Positions 49,459 through 60,962 of a stretch of DNA of 64,000 nucleotides are shown here, in pieces. Position 1 is the first letter of the stretch. Every line of letters begins with the position of its first letter. The stretch is from the NCBI GenBank assembly GCA_016618385.1, contig JABFOP010000357.1, forward strand, positions 415,545 to 479,544, read 5' to 3'. This DNA is from Nymphon striatum (taxonomy: Eukaryota). The notes under the pieces were generated by a model. The model worked only from the letters and a program-made list of their open reading frames with translations, was not told the origin of the DNA and ran no database searches. The position numbers and the translations under genes were made by a program.

Positions 49459-50377
49459 AATCCATACACAGGGCTCGAATTTAATTTATTTTCCTACTCG
49501 CAAAGAATTGCGAGTACCTTATATCTCAACTCGCAAAATTGAAAACTAACTTGCAAAAATAACCCGCAACAAAAATGAGCTTAAAACTGATGGTTTATGA
49601 ATATTAATAAAGCCAGGGATACGGTTTTTAAAGCCATTTATTTAAAAAAAATAAAAATATAACAAACGTTTCGGCCATCTAGGCCATCATCAGTGGTTAA
49701 CAAAAATCAAATAAAACGAAATGGTAAAACATCCAACTTTAAAGAATTTTTTTAAATGATATGCAAAAAGGAGAGAAAATAAAAAAAAAATAAAGAAAAT
49801 AAATAAAAATTCAGTTTAAGATTGCCAGGGGATAGGAAGAAAGTGTGTCGTTTAGTGAAGGTAAGTCACAGTAAAGTTTTGACTGTTAGGTCGGACGCGG
49901 TCTGGGCGAACGTCGATACCTTTCTAATATAAGTCTGACATTTTGAAGTGCATTTATGATTCCCCGTTATCATTATCAAGCAAGGCATAAAAGTGCAACT
50001 AATACAGATCTGAATTTTAACCGAGTAAAAGTATCAGGCATCAATCTAATCGGACAGGCACATAGCCAAATTTTCGCGTATAGATTACCGCAGTTACGAT
50101 CGTAGACTAGTCCGAGTCGGCATTCGTCTTACGTCATTATTTACATATGGCGACTCGGAAATAGGTGAAAATAACGAGACATTGAGTGTTTATTGGACGA
50201 CGAGACCTGTTACTTAAATTGCACACACGAGTTCGGCATTGTTCTATTTCAACTTTGTTCCCGTTTTAGAATGAGGTTCAATTTTTTCTACTAGCAAAAA
50301 TTTGCGAGTGCTTGCAAAATCTTCTCGCATTTTTGAAAAACCACTCGCAATTTGCGAGTGTTAAATTCGAGCCCCTG
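49459..50377. mobile_element. Non-autonomous DNA element of about 920 bp with TIR CAGGGCTCGAATTTAA and a 5-bp TSD ATACA. It lies in a HIRA intron, 53 bp from the exon at 50430.
   Basis: TIRs and TSD are read directly. The interior contains the repeated motif ctcgcaa...ttgcgagt. Confidence 0.75.
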
Positions 50378-50429
50378 ATACATATAAATAAGCTAAATGT
50401 GCTGGGGAAAAAAATATTCATATACTTAC

Positions 50430-50593
50430 ACTCTTGTACTAAGAATCTGACTAGAGTTAGTAACCAGAACTTGTATTCTTTGCTAGAGTTTAATGAGTGA
50501 GCAGCTGCAAGTTGAGAGTCAAGGTGTGATAGAGTCATGTTCTGTTGTAATTCTGGATCTGAAGAGAAAATTCTATTGGCATTTTTGCCAGAC
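50430..50593 (-). CDS. HIRA: HIRA exon (SGKNANRIFSSDPELQQNMTLSHLDSQLAAAHSLNSSKEYKFWLLTLVRFLVQE)
   Basis: ORF 50278..50538(-). It matches GRQAARLFSVPHVVQQETTLAYLENQVAAALTLQSSHEYRHWLLVYARYLVNE. Confidence 0.8.
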
Positions 50594-51839
50594 CTGAAAA
50601 TAAAAATGTTGCATTTATTTACTTTAAGGATTATTATAAGCAGAAAATATGACCACTTTGGGGAATTATATGTGGGTGTGTGATCTTATAAACATTTAAA
50701 TACACATATTTAATTTCAGCACATCAAGTATAAACAACTTAGAATAAAATAGAGCAAACAAATGCATGTTATGTAATTCCGAAATGATTGTGATATTCAC
50801 TTGATCAGAGTTATCCTATTCATTTTTCTTTTCAAATAACAAAATAACTTCTTTTACACGTAGATCGTATGTAGTTCTTCACAAAAGATCTCCATTAATG
50901 TCTTATTCAAAGAGCACAGTATTTTCTTCATGATGTAAGATGATATATTAGGAACTACGAAGGGATCAAAGGACATACAAGGTGGAAAGAGTCATCATTA
51001 TCTTTATGTATCAAACATTAAATTATGGCTTTAATCATATTTTCACTTCAATCAAAAAGCAGTCATTTGTATCTAAAAAGAGGTAACAAGCAGCCTGTTT
51101 GGTAACTAAATGAGGTGATCAGCAAGTGATGGATGACATCATTGGTGAAAACGTTGGATTAAGGTTTTCCTAAAAATTATGCTGTTCAATTCACTGAGAC
51201 GTACAAGACTGTAACTCGGGTTGAACATTTTTACAGTGTAAAATGCAGGAAACCCTGAGTACAACTCGGGTCTAGTCATTTACTGTCAGCTAAAGTATTT
51301 ATAAATATGTGGTGGTGCCATCTATTACATAAATTAGATAATATTAGGTGGCGCTTCACTATTTCATAACACCACTTCGTTTTAGCCATCTTGGCTAAAA
51401 TGGCCATTTATGATTAGTTCAAACAAAGTTCAAACAAATTAGATCAATATCATATTATAATCTTTATCTTATCATTTTATTTGTTATTTTTTTCCTTTTT
51501 TATAGTAAAAAATACATTTAATATTGAAAAATGCGATGGTACACTATTTTTAAATTTTGGATTTCAGCGAAAAAGATCTACATTGGCAACTCCCCATTAC
51601 CATGGTTACCATTGATAGGGGGAGGGGGATTATAAGCTATTCCTGAATCTCCACATGACATACTAATATAATGAACAGAAAAAAGTAAATATTAATCAAG
51701 AATAGGCTGTTTATTTCAAAGTTATAAATCACCAATTTTTGGGTAAAACCCTCAGTCTCCAGCATTTGGCCCACAAAAATTGGTCAGTCTCGAATGTGTT
51801 AATAATAACATAACAAAAAAATGAATTGAAAAAATTTAC

Positions 51840-51962
51840 TTGGTTAATTGCTTATGCTGTAAAATTGATAAAGGTTGAGATGAGACAGACATATTTTCAG
51901 GCATTAGTTTGTGATGATTTGAGCAAGAAGAAATTGCATCTTGGGTATTAGAAACTTGGATC
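51840..51962 (-). CDS. HIRA: HIRA exon (IQVSNTQDAISSCSNHHKLMPENMSVSSQPLSILQHKQLTK)
   Basis: It matches NLVSDKQDSLAQCADFRSSLPSQDAMLCSGPLAIIQGRTSNS. ctcag acceptor and gtaaat donor. Confidence 0.7.
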
Positions 51963-52045
51963 CTGAGAATTAGAAAATCAAAATGGAAATAAGAAAAACA
52001 TATCTATTCAACATTTGTGATAAAATATGCAGAAAATGACATTAC

Positions 52046-52148
52046 CAAGCACTTAAATTTGAATGAAATATATAAGATTTTCCTGAAGACACAGATATAG
52101 TTGGCAAGCCAAGTTCAGTCAAGCCTGTATTCGTAATACTAGCAGAAT
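52046..52148 (-). CDS. HIRA: HIRA exon (SASITNTGLTELGLPTISVSSGKSYIFHSNLSAW)
   Basis: It matches MTVSQILLTQHGIPVMNLSDGKAYCFNPSLSTW. tttcag acceptor and gtaatg donor. The phase implies one unlocated exon upstream. Confidence 0.7.
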
Positions 52149-52238
52149 CTGAAACACGAAACACAAAATTGATAATTTCAACTTTTATACATCCATACAA
52201 TTTTATTCATCAAAACATTGAGAGCAACTACAAGATGT

Positions 52239-52607
52239 CAGGGCTCATCCTAGGGTCAAATTTTAGGGAGCAGTGACTTCTCCCTCAGCTCAATTTAGGG
52301 AGAAGTTAAGCAACTTAACGGAGAAGTGGGTGCTCGCGATGCGGATTTCTTCAACATTATCTTGTCTAATTTTCCCTCATTACAGTATGTAAAAACAACT
52401 TGGAGATATACCAGTACTTTAATATCTACTCTTTGCACTCTGTGTATTAATTGTGGTTCTAATGAAATGAAAATGTTGTATTTTCTAAAAATTTTTTTTT
52501 TTTTTTTTTAAAAAGTGAAGTCGATTTCGCTCCGATGTAATTAAATAGCGAAGTCAATCAACTCAAGGCGAAGTTATCGCCTGAATCGCCCTCCAGGATG
52601 AGCCCTG
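52239..52607. mobile_element. MITE copy 2 of the same family, inverted relative to copy 1. It is flanked by a 5-bp TSD GATGT.
   Basis: It is more than 90% identical to the reverse complement of 1..364. GATGT is read directly on both flanks (52234-38 and 52608-12). Confidence 0.85.
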
Positions 52608-53299
52608 GATGTGTGAAAAAACTAGTAGTGATCAATTGGCAGTGCATCTATTATGGCTCTAACAATAATAATAAAATCAATAACAAATTTGGCAAAGATT
52701 TTTGGATTATGCTCATTATCAAAATTTACAATTTTAGCACAACATTTTTTTATTATAAGAACATACAATTGAAACTTGGGTTACAATTTATTTTTATAAA
52801 TACACTTTGTATTAAAGGTCCACTAAAGTGGGAAAAAAAAAAGTCTAAATCGTGTGAAAAAATTATTAATTAGGTCCATACTAATGCACAGAATGCATTT
52901 TGGTAAAATTAATCAGCCGATTTTAGCAAGAAAAACGGTCTCAAACTTCAAGAATTCACACTTGAGTCGTGACGTCACACAGGGTACTAATAGAGTCGGA
53001 ATGGCGAATAGTGAGGCCAGATTACCAGTGACACTCTTTCCTTGTCTGAGAATAAATATTACTAGTGAAGATGAACTAAGCTCGTGTGAAGAATTTGATC
53101 ACCATCATCACTTTCGTTGAGAAATTGGAGATTGAAGCAAGTACACACTTAATGACGTCATAGCTCAGCAAATCATAACAAACATATCATTTCACTTTTA
53201 ATATTTTCACATCGAAAAACAAACTGGTACAACTGATAAATATAGCATTTAGGAATTCATTTTTGAAAAGTGAGTATGAGCACTTTAGTGTCCCTTTAA

Positions 53300-53615
53300 C
53301 CCTTTCCGTGCGGAATAAAAATGGCCGAATATATTTATATTTGCGGAATTTATTTTGACTTTTTTGATTGTTATGACATTTGCGCTTTTTATTATTATTT
53401 TAAATAATTAAATTCATAGACTTGACCTACCATCTATTGAAAATTTAGGTAAACAATAGTTTAATATGTGGAGACGAGATGGGGCCACTAGTGATTCAGG
53501 CGAATTTATGCTCTCTCCGCAAATAGAAACTGCATGGCTTGGCGAATACGTTCGCCCGCCGCAAATATTAATCAAAATGTTATGGCGAATATATTCGCCT
53601 CCCGCACGGAAAGGG
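53300..53615. mobile_element. piggyBac-like MITE of 316 bp with TIR CCCTTTCCGTGCGG, flanked by TTAA on both sides
   Basis: TIRs are read directly. TTAA lies at 53296-99 and 53616-19, and the TTAA target duplication is diagnostic of piggyBac. Confidence 0.8.
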
Positions 53616-53879
53616 TTAAACAAACTATTAAAAAAATTGATTTACTAACAGTTCTAAGTACTTATTTTTTAAATTTGTTTAAAAACCAAAAAATGAAAAT
53701 ATTTGGTATTTAAACTAATGATAGAAAATGTAAACAGTATATACTTACTAGGCAAAATAGAAGCCAGGGTTTCATTTTTTACAAGGCATTTGACATTTTT
53801 GAGATCCCTGGAAAATCAATTGTTTAAAGTAAATAATATTTTTCAAAACAATTTAAAAGAATTTTGCACAAAAGCTTAC

Positions 53880-54044
53880 CACACAGAGACACAACCCTTA
53901 GAGGTAATTGCCATTACAAAATATTTTCTGCAGGTTAATCTGGATATAGCAGAAGATAGTATAATAGGAGGAAGCAAACGATGACCATTTTGTGATGAAA
54001 ACACAGATAGAGTACAATCTTCACAAGCCACACAGCAGATATGA
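53880..54044 (-). CDS. HIRA: HIRA exon (SHICCVACEDCTLSVFSSQNGHRLLPPIILSSAISRLTCRKYFVMAITSKGCVSVW)
   Basis: It matches SCDVVCVACEKRMLSVFSTCGRRLLSPILLPSPISTLHCTGSYVMALTAAATLSVW. tttcag acceptor and gtaagc donor. Confidence 0.8.
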
Positions 54045-54229
54045 CTGAAATATTCATGCGAAATTAAATTACAAAATCATAAATAAATAAAATTTTGGAT
54101 GATAATTCTAAAAAACATTGTTAATGACCTAAGCTTTCTTCTAGTAATTTAAAATCACATAATTTAAAAAATTATGGTTCTTTTTGTAATAATAACAAAT
54201 ATTATGAAATATTCTTTTAGCTAAATGCT

Positions 54230-54690
54230 AAACAAAAAAGAGACTCTTGAACTCATTGGTTTTTAGCATTGCTACCTACGGGTCAGAGTGTTGGGTACTG
54301 ACAAAAGCAGATAAAAAGAAAATTACTGCATTCGAATTGTGGTGCTATCGTCGGCTACTGCGCATCAGTTGGACCGAAAGAAAGACTAATAAATGGGTAT
54401 TAAGCAGAATGAATTGTAATGAAAGAGTATTATTAACATCAATAGACCAAAGGAAGATGACATTTGTAGGACATGTCCTCAGAAAACATAATTTTGAAAA
54501 GAATTTATTGACTGGATCAGTTTACGGAAAGAGAGGTAGCGGGAGACCAAAAACTCGGTATAGTGATAACATACATGAATGGAAGAAGTTTTGTTGAGAT
54601 TTGCAGATTGGCACAGGAAAGAGATGAATGGAGGGCCACGGCGGTTCAAATCGAACCTTCTGTTTCATGATGATGATTCTTTTAGCTAAT
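54230..54690 (+). mobile_element. RTE-type LINE 3' fragment (ORF 54247..54597: ..ATYGSECWVLTKADKKKITAFELWCYRRLLRISWTERKTNKWVL...GKRGSGRPKTRYSDNI..) ending in a GATGATGATG tail. It lies in a HIRA intron.
   Basis: It carries the conserved LINE ORF2 C-terminal motif, the same family signature as 25681..26567. Confidence 0.7.
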
Positions 54691-55434
54691 AATTTGCGAG
54701 CAGTCCGTGTAATTTTCGACGTGCATTGATCCCCAGTGAGTCACCCAGAAGAATACTTGAAAGACCTATCGTGATTGGTGTAAATGTGAGTGTGACGTCA
54801 TTTTCAATGATTTTAAACCAATAGAAAGCAACGATTCAAGCGCATCGTCATCATGGGTGAGAAGTAAGATGGATGCGACAGCAAAACCGAAAAATTAAAT
54901 TTTAAACTTTTTCGACGAAGCATAAAGGAAGGCAAGTGACACTGACAGTAACAACAATTCTTTGAAGTCTGAGTCAATTTCTCACTCCGAGTCTGGTGTA
55001 GAACCAGATAATGTGGAGTGTCAGGATAGTCAGGCTGGCACTGTGCCCACAGCCGGTACCAGGGACATGGATGGTGTCGGTGCAGCAAAAAGAAAGATAG
55101 GGCCAAAATAAAGAAACCTTGGTTTGCTTCGCTCGGTTTCCCAGTATCCAAAAATAGTTTTCACTTTCTTAAATGTCAGGGGAACTTTTCCCACTTTGAC
55201 TATAACCTGAAATGAACACTGCTTATACACTTCTAATAAATATAACTTAATGAATGCCATTGTAAAGATTTAAAATTTAGTGACTTAAATATTGAAAATG
55301 CACAGAAAAAATTGTATGGAAACATTATGGCTATACCTAACGCCATAACAAAAACTACAGAGTAAAGAAATTATCATAATTTAATAAGAACAGCAATGGC
55401 ATTCAATATACTATAATATAGATGTATTTCTAAC

Positions 55435-55751
55435 CTGCTTCCAGCGACTGCACTTCCGGAAGAAGAAAATACAGTTGTCCATAAACTTGAATCTTCATCT
55501 CGTTTAGATGAGGCATCTTTGGCATTGCCGAAACACTGAAGTTTATGTAGGCGGACTCCAGATGCAGCAGGAATGTTGTTTTCAAGTTCAAGAGTTATTA
55601 TGCGCTGATTGTCAGATGAAGGTAGTTGAATTGTGGTAGACTTTTCAATTTTTAAAAGAGGAAGATGAAGTGAGAGTGAAGATGAGGCAGTTGTGGTTCT
55701 ATCTGATTTAACATTGTTATTTTGAGGCGTTGTACTGGGCACTGGTGTACT
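55435..55751 (-). CDS. HIRA: HIRA exon (STPVPSTTPQNNNVKSDR...LPSSDNQRIITLELENNIPAASGVRLHKLQCFGNAKDASSKRDEDSSLWTTVFSSSGSAVAGS)
   Basis: ORF 55374..55742(-). It matches LPIPSPQRAFTLQVSSDPSMYIEVENEVTVVGGVKLSRLKCNREGKEWETVLTSRILTAAGS. Confidence 0.75.
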
Positions 55752-55876
55752 CTACAAAAATCAAAATAAGAGTAATTGGTAAAAATTTGAAATAATTTTC
55801 TCCTCATTGTTAGTATAATGGAAGAATTTTAATTTCCCATTGAATCAGACAAATAGCAAAATTCAATATTGAATAA

Positions 55877-56254
55877 GGCCAAAAAAAAAAAAAAAAAAAA
55901 ATGCTGTGTTTCCGGTAACGGTCTTGACAGACGGGAGGTCGATTATTTTTTCTAATGTTTTTTTATTATTAACTAGAATTCCCCCCAATTATACCATTTA
56001 CTTCATTTGAAGGGCAAAAATCTGTTACAAACTACGGCCATTCCTTTCGTGTAATGACACGAAAGGACTGGCCGTAGTTTGTAACGGATTTTTACTATTT
56101 AACGCATTTTAGGAGGTAGTTTTGTGACGTTTTTTCTTCACCATTTCATGCATTTTACTATGTTTTCCCGAATCATCATAAAAAAATTTCAGTCGGCGGT
56201 AAAATCACGCGGTCGGTCGGGTTACCGGAAACACAATATTTTTTTTTTTTGGCC
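55877..56254. mobile_element. MITE family B copy of about 380 bp, in a HIRA intron between the exons at 55751 and 56363
   Basis: TIRs are read directly. It is near-identical to the 32949 copy. Confidence 0.8.
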
Positions 56255-56362
56255 TAAGTATGACAATGTCAAAAAATCTAGCATCACATGTAGCCAGAAA
56301 GAAATAACAAAAAAAAGGAAGCAGAAAATTAAAATTTAATACTGGATACGAACTGAGGTAAC

Positions 56363-56507
56363 TGTAGACGCTGATAATGGAGGTCGCCCTTTCCGCTTTT
56401 CAATTAATTTTGCCGTTGTACTAGATTCTGCTTTTCTTTTAACAGCAATTGTTGAAACTGGTGTTGAAATTGGTGTTGTCGGGGCTTTATCTTTTAGTTT
56501 TTCATTA
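56363..56507 (-). CDS. HIRA: HIRA exon (NEKLKDKAPTTPISTPVSTIAVKRKAESSTTAKLIEKRKGRPPLSAST). The donor is a weak gttacc.
   Basis: It matches the SKRKLELEVETVEKKKKGRPRKDSRLMP region, which has an AT-hook-like GRP motif. Confidence 0.6.
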
Positions 56508-56590
56508 CTATGGATTTAAAATGGAATGATATTAATTATAAAAAATAGGATAAGGTAAATTGAAATATAAACATTAAAATATGGCCTTAC

Positions 56591-56860
56591 TTTTCCACAA
56601 GGGTAGGGTTGTCCTTTTCACTAACTTTTATTTTTTCTTTTGGACTAAGGGCTCCATTGACAAATGATTGAGGTTTAGAGGAGAAACCATTAACTACTAT
56701 TTGTTTATTGCTTTCACCATTAGAATTTGACTCTTTGGATAGAGTTGACGAGAGTGAACAACTCGGCTCTTCAATTTTCTCTATTAAAATTTTACTTTTT
56801 GTTTCTTTTGAGGAACTAAATGTTGGTTGACAATTACTGGCAAAAGGCAGTGGTGCACCT
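56591..56860 (-). CDS. HIRA: HIRA exon covering a low-complexity Ser/Lys-rich linker (GAPLPFASNCQPTFSSSKETKSK...ALSPKEKIKVSEKDNPTLVEK)
   Basis: tttacag acceptor and gtaagg donor. The phase is consistent with its neighbours. It corresponds to the divergent HIRA linker region. Confidence 0.6.
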
Positions 56861-56937
56861 CTGTAAATGAAAATTCCAAGAGCTCAATTATATGATTACT
56901 TGTCATAAATTACTTTTATGAATTTCCTACCACTCAC

Positions 56938-57023
56938 CCAGGATCTGGAGCAGGTGCAATGAAACATGGTGTTATTCGTCTTTTTCCATCGGCAGTTCTT
57001 GTTTCAATCTGTTTATTGGGACC
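56938..57023 (-). CDS. HIRA: HIRA exon (GPNKQIETRTADGKRRITPCFIAPAPDPG)
   Basis: It matches KKQVETRTADGRRRITPLCIAQLDTGD. ttttag acceptor and gtgagt donor. Confidence 0.75.
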
Positions 57024-57702
57024 CTAAAAAGTAAGAATTATTTGTTTATTTTGCATTTTATCAAATAATTGATGTTAAAGACTTGTTCGTGCAATTTCTC
57101 CAAAAAGCTATAGCAACTGAACATTGATAACTAGACTGTTCTTTAGGTATTAAAGAAAATTCTAATATGACAAGACAAATAATTTATTTTAATTTGGTAT
57201 GCTCCCGGACCCCCATAGCATACTTCGTGTCTAAGACACTCGCATGTTTGGGCCTCTTTAAATTATTTGAAAGCATCTTACAAAATTTCTTATTGAGAAC
57301 CCTAAATACTATCATTATACTTTGGTTGAGCATTTCAAAGATTCAAAGAGAAGTCATAAAGATTTGGCCTGAGGGAAAAAATGCTTTAACCACAATTACT
57401 TTTTAATTCTCAGGGAAAAAATAGAAGAAATAAAATTTTATATTCTCATACATTTTCAAAAGTAAATAAAATTGTAACGATTATAATAACTATTAAGTAG
57501 GTTGAATTTCAACTTCGTAAATGATTCATTTCTTGACAAACCCTTTTTTCCATTTTTGATCTTTAATAATTTTGAGGTTCTCTATTGTGTTAAATTCTGT
57601 ACATTTGAATTTAAATATACTATTACCGATCATCTCGCCTTTCACATTTTAAATCATCTTTAATTTTATAAAACAATAGTATCAGGCCATCCTTAAAAAA
57701 AT

Positions 57703-57965
57703 GTTTGTTTAGGGTAACATGACCAGTTTGAAAAATGTGGGTCGGTCGGCCGTTTTTTTTTTTTTTTCCTCCTCTCGCGATACTTGAGTGAGATTGGCTT
57801 ACATCGCTTCAATCAAACAATGCCGGGGAAATATTACCGATAATTTCCAGACAATATTTGGTTTTTTGCTACAGTTGGAAATAAAATTATTTCACTCAAA
57901 AAAGCTGGAAAAAAAATATGAGTCGGGCCATTTTTTACGGTCGGTCGGGTTACCCTAAACAAACA
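57703..57965. mobile_element. MITE with TIR TGTTTGTTTAGGGTAAC that shares the subterminal GGTCGGTCGGGTTACC motif with family B. It lies in a HIRA intron, 44 bp from the exon at 58009.
   Basis: TIRs are read directly. Confidence 0.7.
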
Positions 57966-58008
57966 ATTTTTTATTATTGGCCTCATAATTCAATTTATAA
58001 TGACAAAC

Positions 58009-58203
58009 CTTTGCAGTATTCAAAGGTTTAGTCTCCGGAATAGATTCTATTTGAGATTCTGGTTTAACAGTTTCAATCTCTTCAATCTTTGTTACAGAGG
58101 CTTTTAACTTTAGCATGGCGGGGTTCTCAATAACAGTAGATGTTGATGATGTTTGGCTTGTCATTGCAAGACTTTTTCCATACAACTTATGATGAAAAGA
58201 ATT
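58009..58203 (-). CDS. HIRA: HIRA exon (NSFHHKLYGKSLAMTSQTSSTSTVIENPAMLKLKASV...LNTAK)
   Basis: It matches SRIHQSTYGKSLAIMTEAQLSTAVIENPEMLKYQRR. It lies within ORF 57955..58245(-). Confidence 0.8.
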
Positions 58204-58290
58204 CTGAAAGAAAAAATAACACATCGTCATTCTACATGTCAACATTTTTAGAAGATAAAATTTAATGTATTACACTTAGAAAAAAGAAAC

Positions 58291-58396
58291 CTTTTCATCA
58301 TCTGTCAAAGGTGTTCCAATTTCGTTGTCTTCAAAGTCAATGTAAGCTATTGTGCCATCCCATGAGCAAGCCATTAACATTTCACCAGTTTTACTC
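58291..58396 (-). CDS. HIRA: HIRA exon (SKTGEMLMACSWDGTIAYIDFEDNEIGTPLTDDEK)
   Basis: It matches TLNGLGILVCSMDGSVAFLDFSQDELGDPLSEEEK. The splice phase is consistent. Confidence 0.75.
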
Positions 58397-58569
58397 CTAT
58401 ACAGGGACAAAATAAATTTAATAAAAGAGATCATCACATTTAACCCTTAGAACACATTACCCCGTTATAGCGGGATACAGTGTTTGTTTCTTCAACCCGT
58501 TACCCCGCGAAAGCGAGGTGTGACGAATGCATCTAGACTATTATCAATAGAAGCGTATTTTTCATTGGT

Positions 58570-59178
58570 GTGAAGTCGAAACATTCAACCAATCAAACGA
58601 CAGAAAACAAATGCACATGGCATTGCCTTGCAAATGGCGACACTTGTAATTTTTATATTATTTTCTATCGAATAAGCGATGAGTTCTCAAAAACGGAAAA
58701 TGCCAGAAAACGGCGACGTTTCTCGGAAGACGGCCCGATGTTCCGCGCAACAAGTGGCAGCTATTTTGGTAGGCAGCTATTTTTTTTAGTGGCAGCTATT
58801 TCTGATGACGAAGAAACACTCGGTTTTGACGAAGATTATCCGTCCGATGAGTTGGAAACTGATTCGGATGACAATGTTGACAATGATAATGATTCCGAAA
58901 GTGATAGTGATAATGAAAATCCCGCGGATCGTTTACCTGTAAGACCTGTTATTGCGGACAATCTTGATTCTGGTTGGAATAAAAAATATGTTGGTGTAAA
59001 TAAACGATTTTTGAGAGCAGAGACAGAGACAAATCCAAAAAACATTCCAGTTGATTTTGATGTGGCAAAAATAGCAAATTTAGTACATACACCCAGTGAA
59101 ATCCTAAAGTGCTTCAGGAAGCCAGGGTTGAGTGTATTTTTTAACCAGACGGTGAGGGTTCTAAGGGTTAAGATATGA
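58570..59178 (+). other. A 202-aa ORF with a very acidic D/E/S-rich middle region (..SDDEETLGFDEDYPSDELETDSDDNVDNDNDSESDSDNENP..), inside a HIRA intron on the opposite strand. It is possibly TE-derived and its function is unknown.
   Basis: An ORF only. There is no recognisable catalytic motif and no downstream exons were found. Confidence 0.3.
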
Positions 59179-59345
59179 ATACGTAAAAGATTTCTATTCT
59201 AAACTATTCAGTTTGCACAAATCCGATGTTTATGTTCTCAAAACAAAAAATATGTTTCTTATGCAGCTATATTTTACATTACATTAAATAATTTGTAATA
59301 TAAGAATGTTAACTGGATAGAGTTATATATAATTATAAAACTTAC

Positions 59346-59416
59346 CATGATATATCAAGAACTGAGTTAGAAAATAAATCGTGTATAACAACCAATGGCC
59401 TTGTCAATGATGTTAA
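59346..59416 (-). CDS. HIRA: HIRA exon (LTSLTRPLVVIHDLFSNSVLDISW)
   Basis: It matches LTCLKRPLVVIHELFDKSIMDISW. cacag acceptor and gtaag donor. Confidence 0.8.
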
Positions 59417-60905
59417 CTGTGAAGGAACAGATGTAAATTAATTTAATTCAGCCAAATTAAAGTAATAAAAATATATCTACTAATTTGAAGAGGAGATTGA
59501 TTATTTGGGGATTCAAACCGTTTATTGGTTATTTTCAGAAACAATAGATGATAATTCTAAAAAAATGATAGGAATTTATGGCAATCTACTATTTTGCATT
59601 ATATAATGTATATAGAGTAAAAATTTCTGATGGTGTTATAAATTTAATTTAATTTAAATGTTTTATTTTTAAATCCCGGAAAAAAATCGGGCAGCGCAAC
59701 AATCCAGAAGATTGTCATCTATGGATATAACCTCAGTTTTGTCACTCCATTTATGAGTATTGTTTTTGATTAATGATATACGTATGAATGTGTTTTTTCA
59801 TTATCAAATATTTATAATTTTATCTCTTTATAATTAAAAGTCATTTTATAATTTACTTTTGTTTTAGATTTTTTTCTGTTGCATTTAATTAGCACTTTCT
59901 GTAACAATGATGAAAGAAAGTAAGCAGATGTTGTCAAATGAAATGGCGGAGAACAAATATTTTTGAACCCTTCTCTCAGACCACTCGCTGGCGGGAATAT
60001 AGCGGCAAAGATTAGAACTACGACATGCTCATACTAGCCTGGCTCTCATCCGACCACATTTTTGACAACAGAGCATTTTCCATGACTTTTCAAGACTTTT
60101 CCCAGGCCTTTTGATGAAAAGTAAAATTTCATACCTTTTCCAGGTTTTCCATGACCGGACGAACTAGGTCAGCTTAAAAATTCTCGCCGTAAAGGCTTTT
60201 TTATTTGTCGGTTCGATTTTAGATAACATAAACAAGGCAATTTAGGTCAAGAAGGAACAAATATTATTGCATACAATTAACAATGTCAAGCTTTTGCGAA
60301 CGAGTTTCATAATTCCTTTTACTGCTGCACTAGTTCGAGGCACGCAATTTTTAAATGATCTTCGATGACGAGAAACGCGATCATGCCCCTCAGAAGGCTG
60401 ATTCATTATAATTTGAGTAACTAGATGTTAAAAAAAAAAATTCCTAAAAACACTCATGGAGCTGTAATTGTAGTATTGTATACATACAGTGAGACGGAAA
60501 AAAAAAAAGGCTGCCGATAACTTAACTCGTTGGGACCGCCCAATCTCAGCAAGTCCGACGGGGCTTGTTGGGTGCAGCCTCTAGCAAATTTGACATGCCC
60601 TGGGATGTTGGGTATTCCTTAATGTCGAGCCCTGCACTGCTGAGCAAAGGACTCCCTTCTAGGTCTCCAGAGTCTTCTCATTCAGCAACTCTCTCCACAC
60701 AATTATATTTCAACTTTATTATATCATCCACCCACCTTCTCTTCAGTCGGTTTCCCCCTCTTCCCACTCCCCTTTTTTGATATCCCTACTTGTAATCAAC
60801 AATGTAAGATTATTTTAAAAATAATGTGATTCAGACAGGCAGAAACTTTCTTTCACATGATACATAATAATATTGTATATTGGAGTTAAAATTAATGATA
60901 CTTAC

Positions 60906-60962
60906 CCAAACAGACAATGATCTATCTCTGCTTCCAACAGCACAACAACAGAAATAATGTGA
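60906..60962 (-). CDS. HIRA: HIRA exon (SHYFCCCAVGSRDRSLSVW)
   Basis: It matches SCPYCCCAVGSKDRSLSVW. ttttttag acceptor and gtaagt donor on the - strand. Confidence 0.8.

Noticed and set aside
57955-58245. ORF 57955..58245(-) taken as a single gene
   Set aside because: Only 58009..58203 is HIRA exon. The ends are intron readthrough past the gtttgt donor and the cag acceptor.
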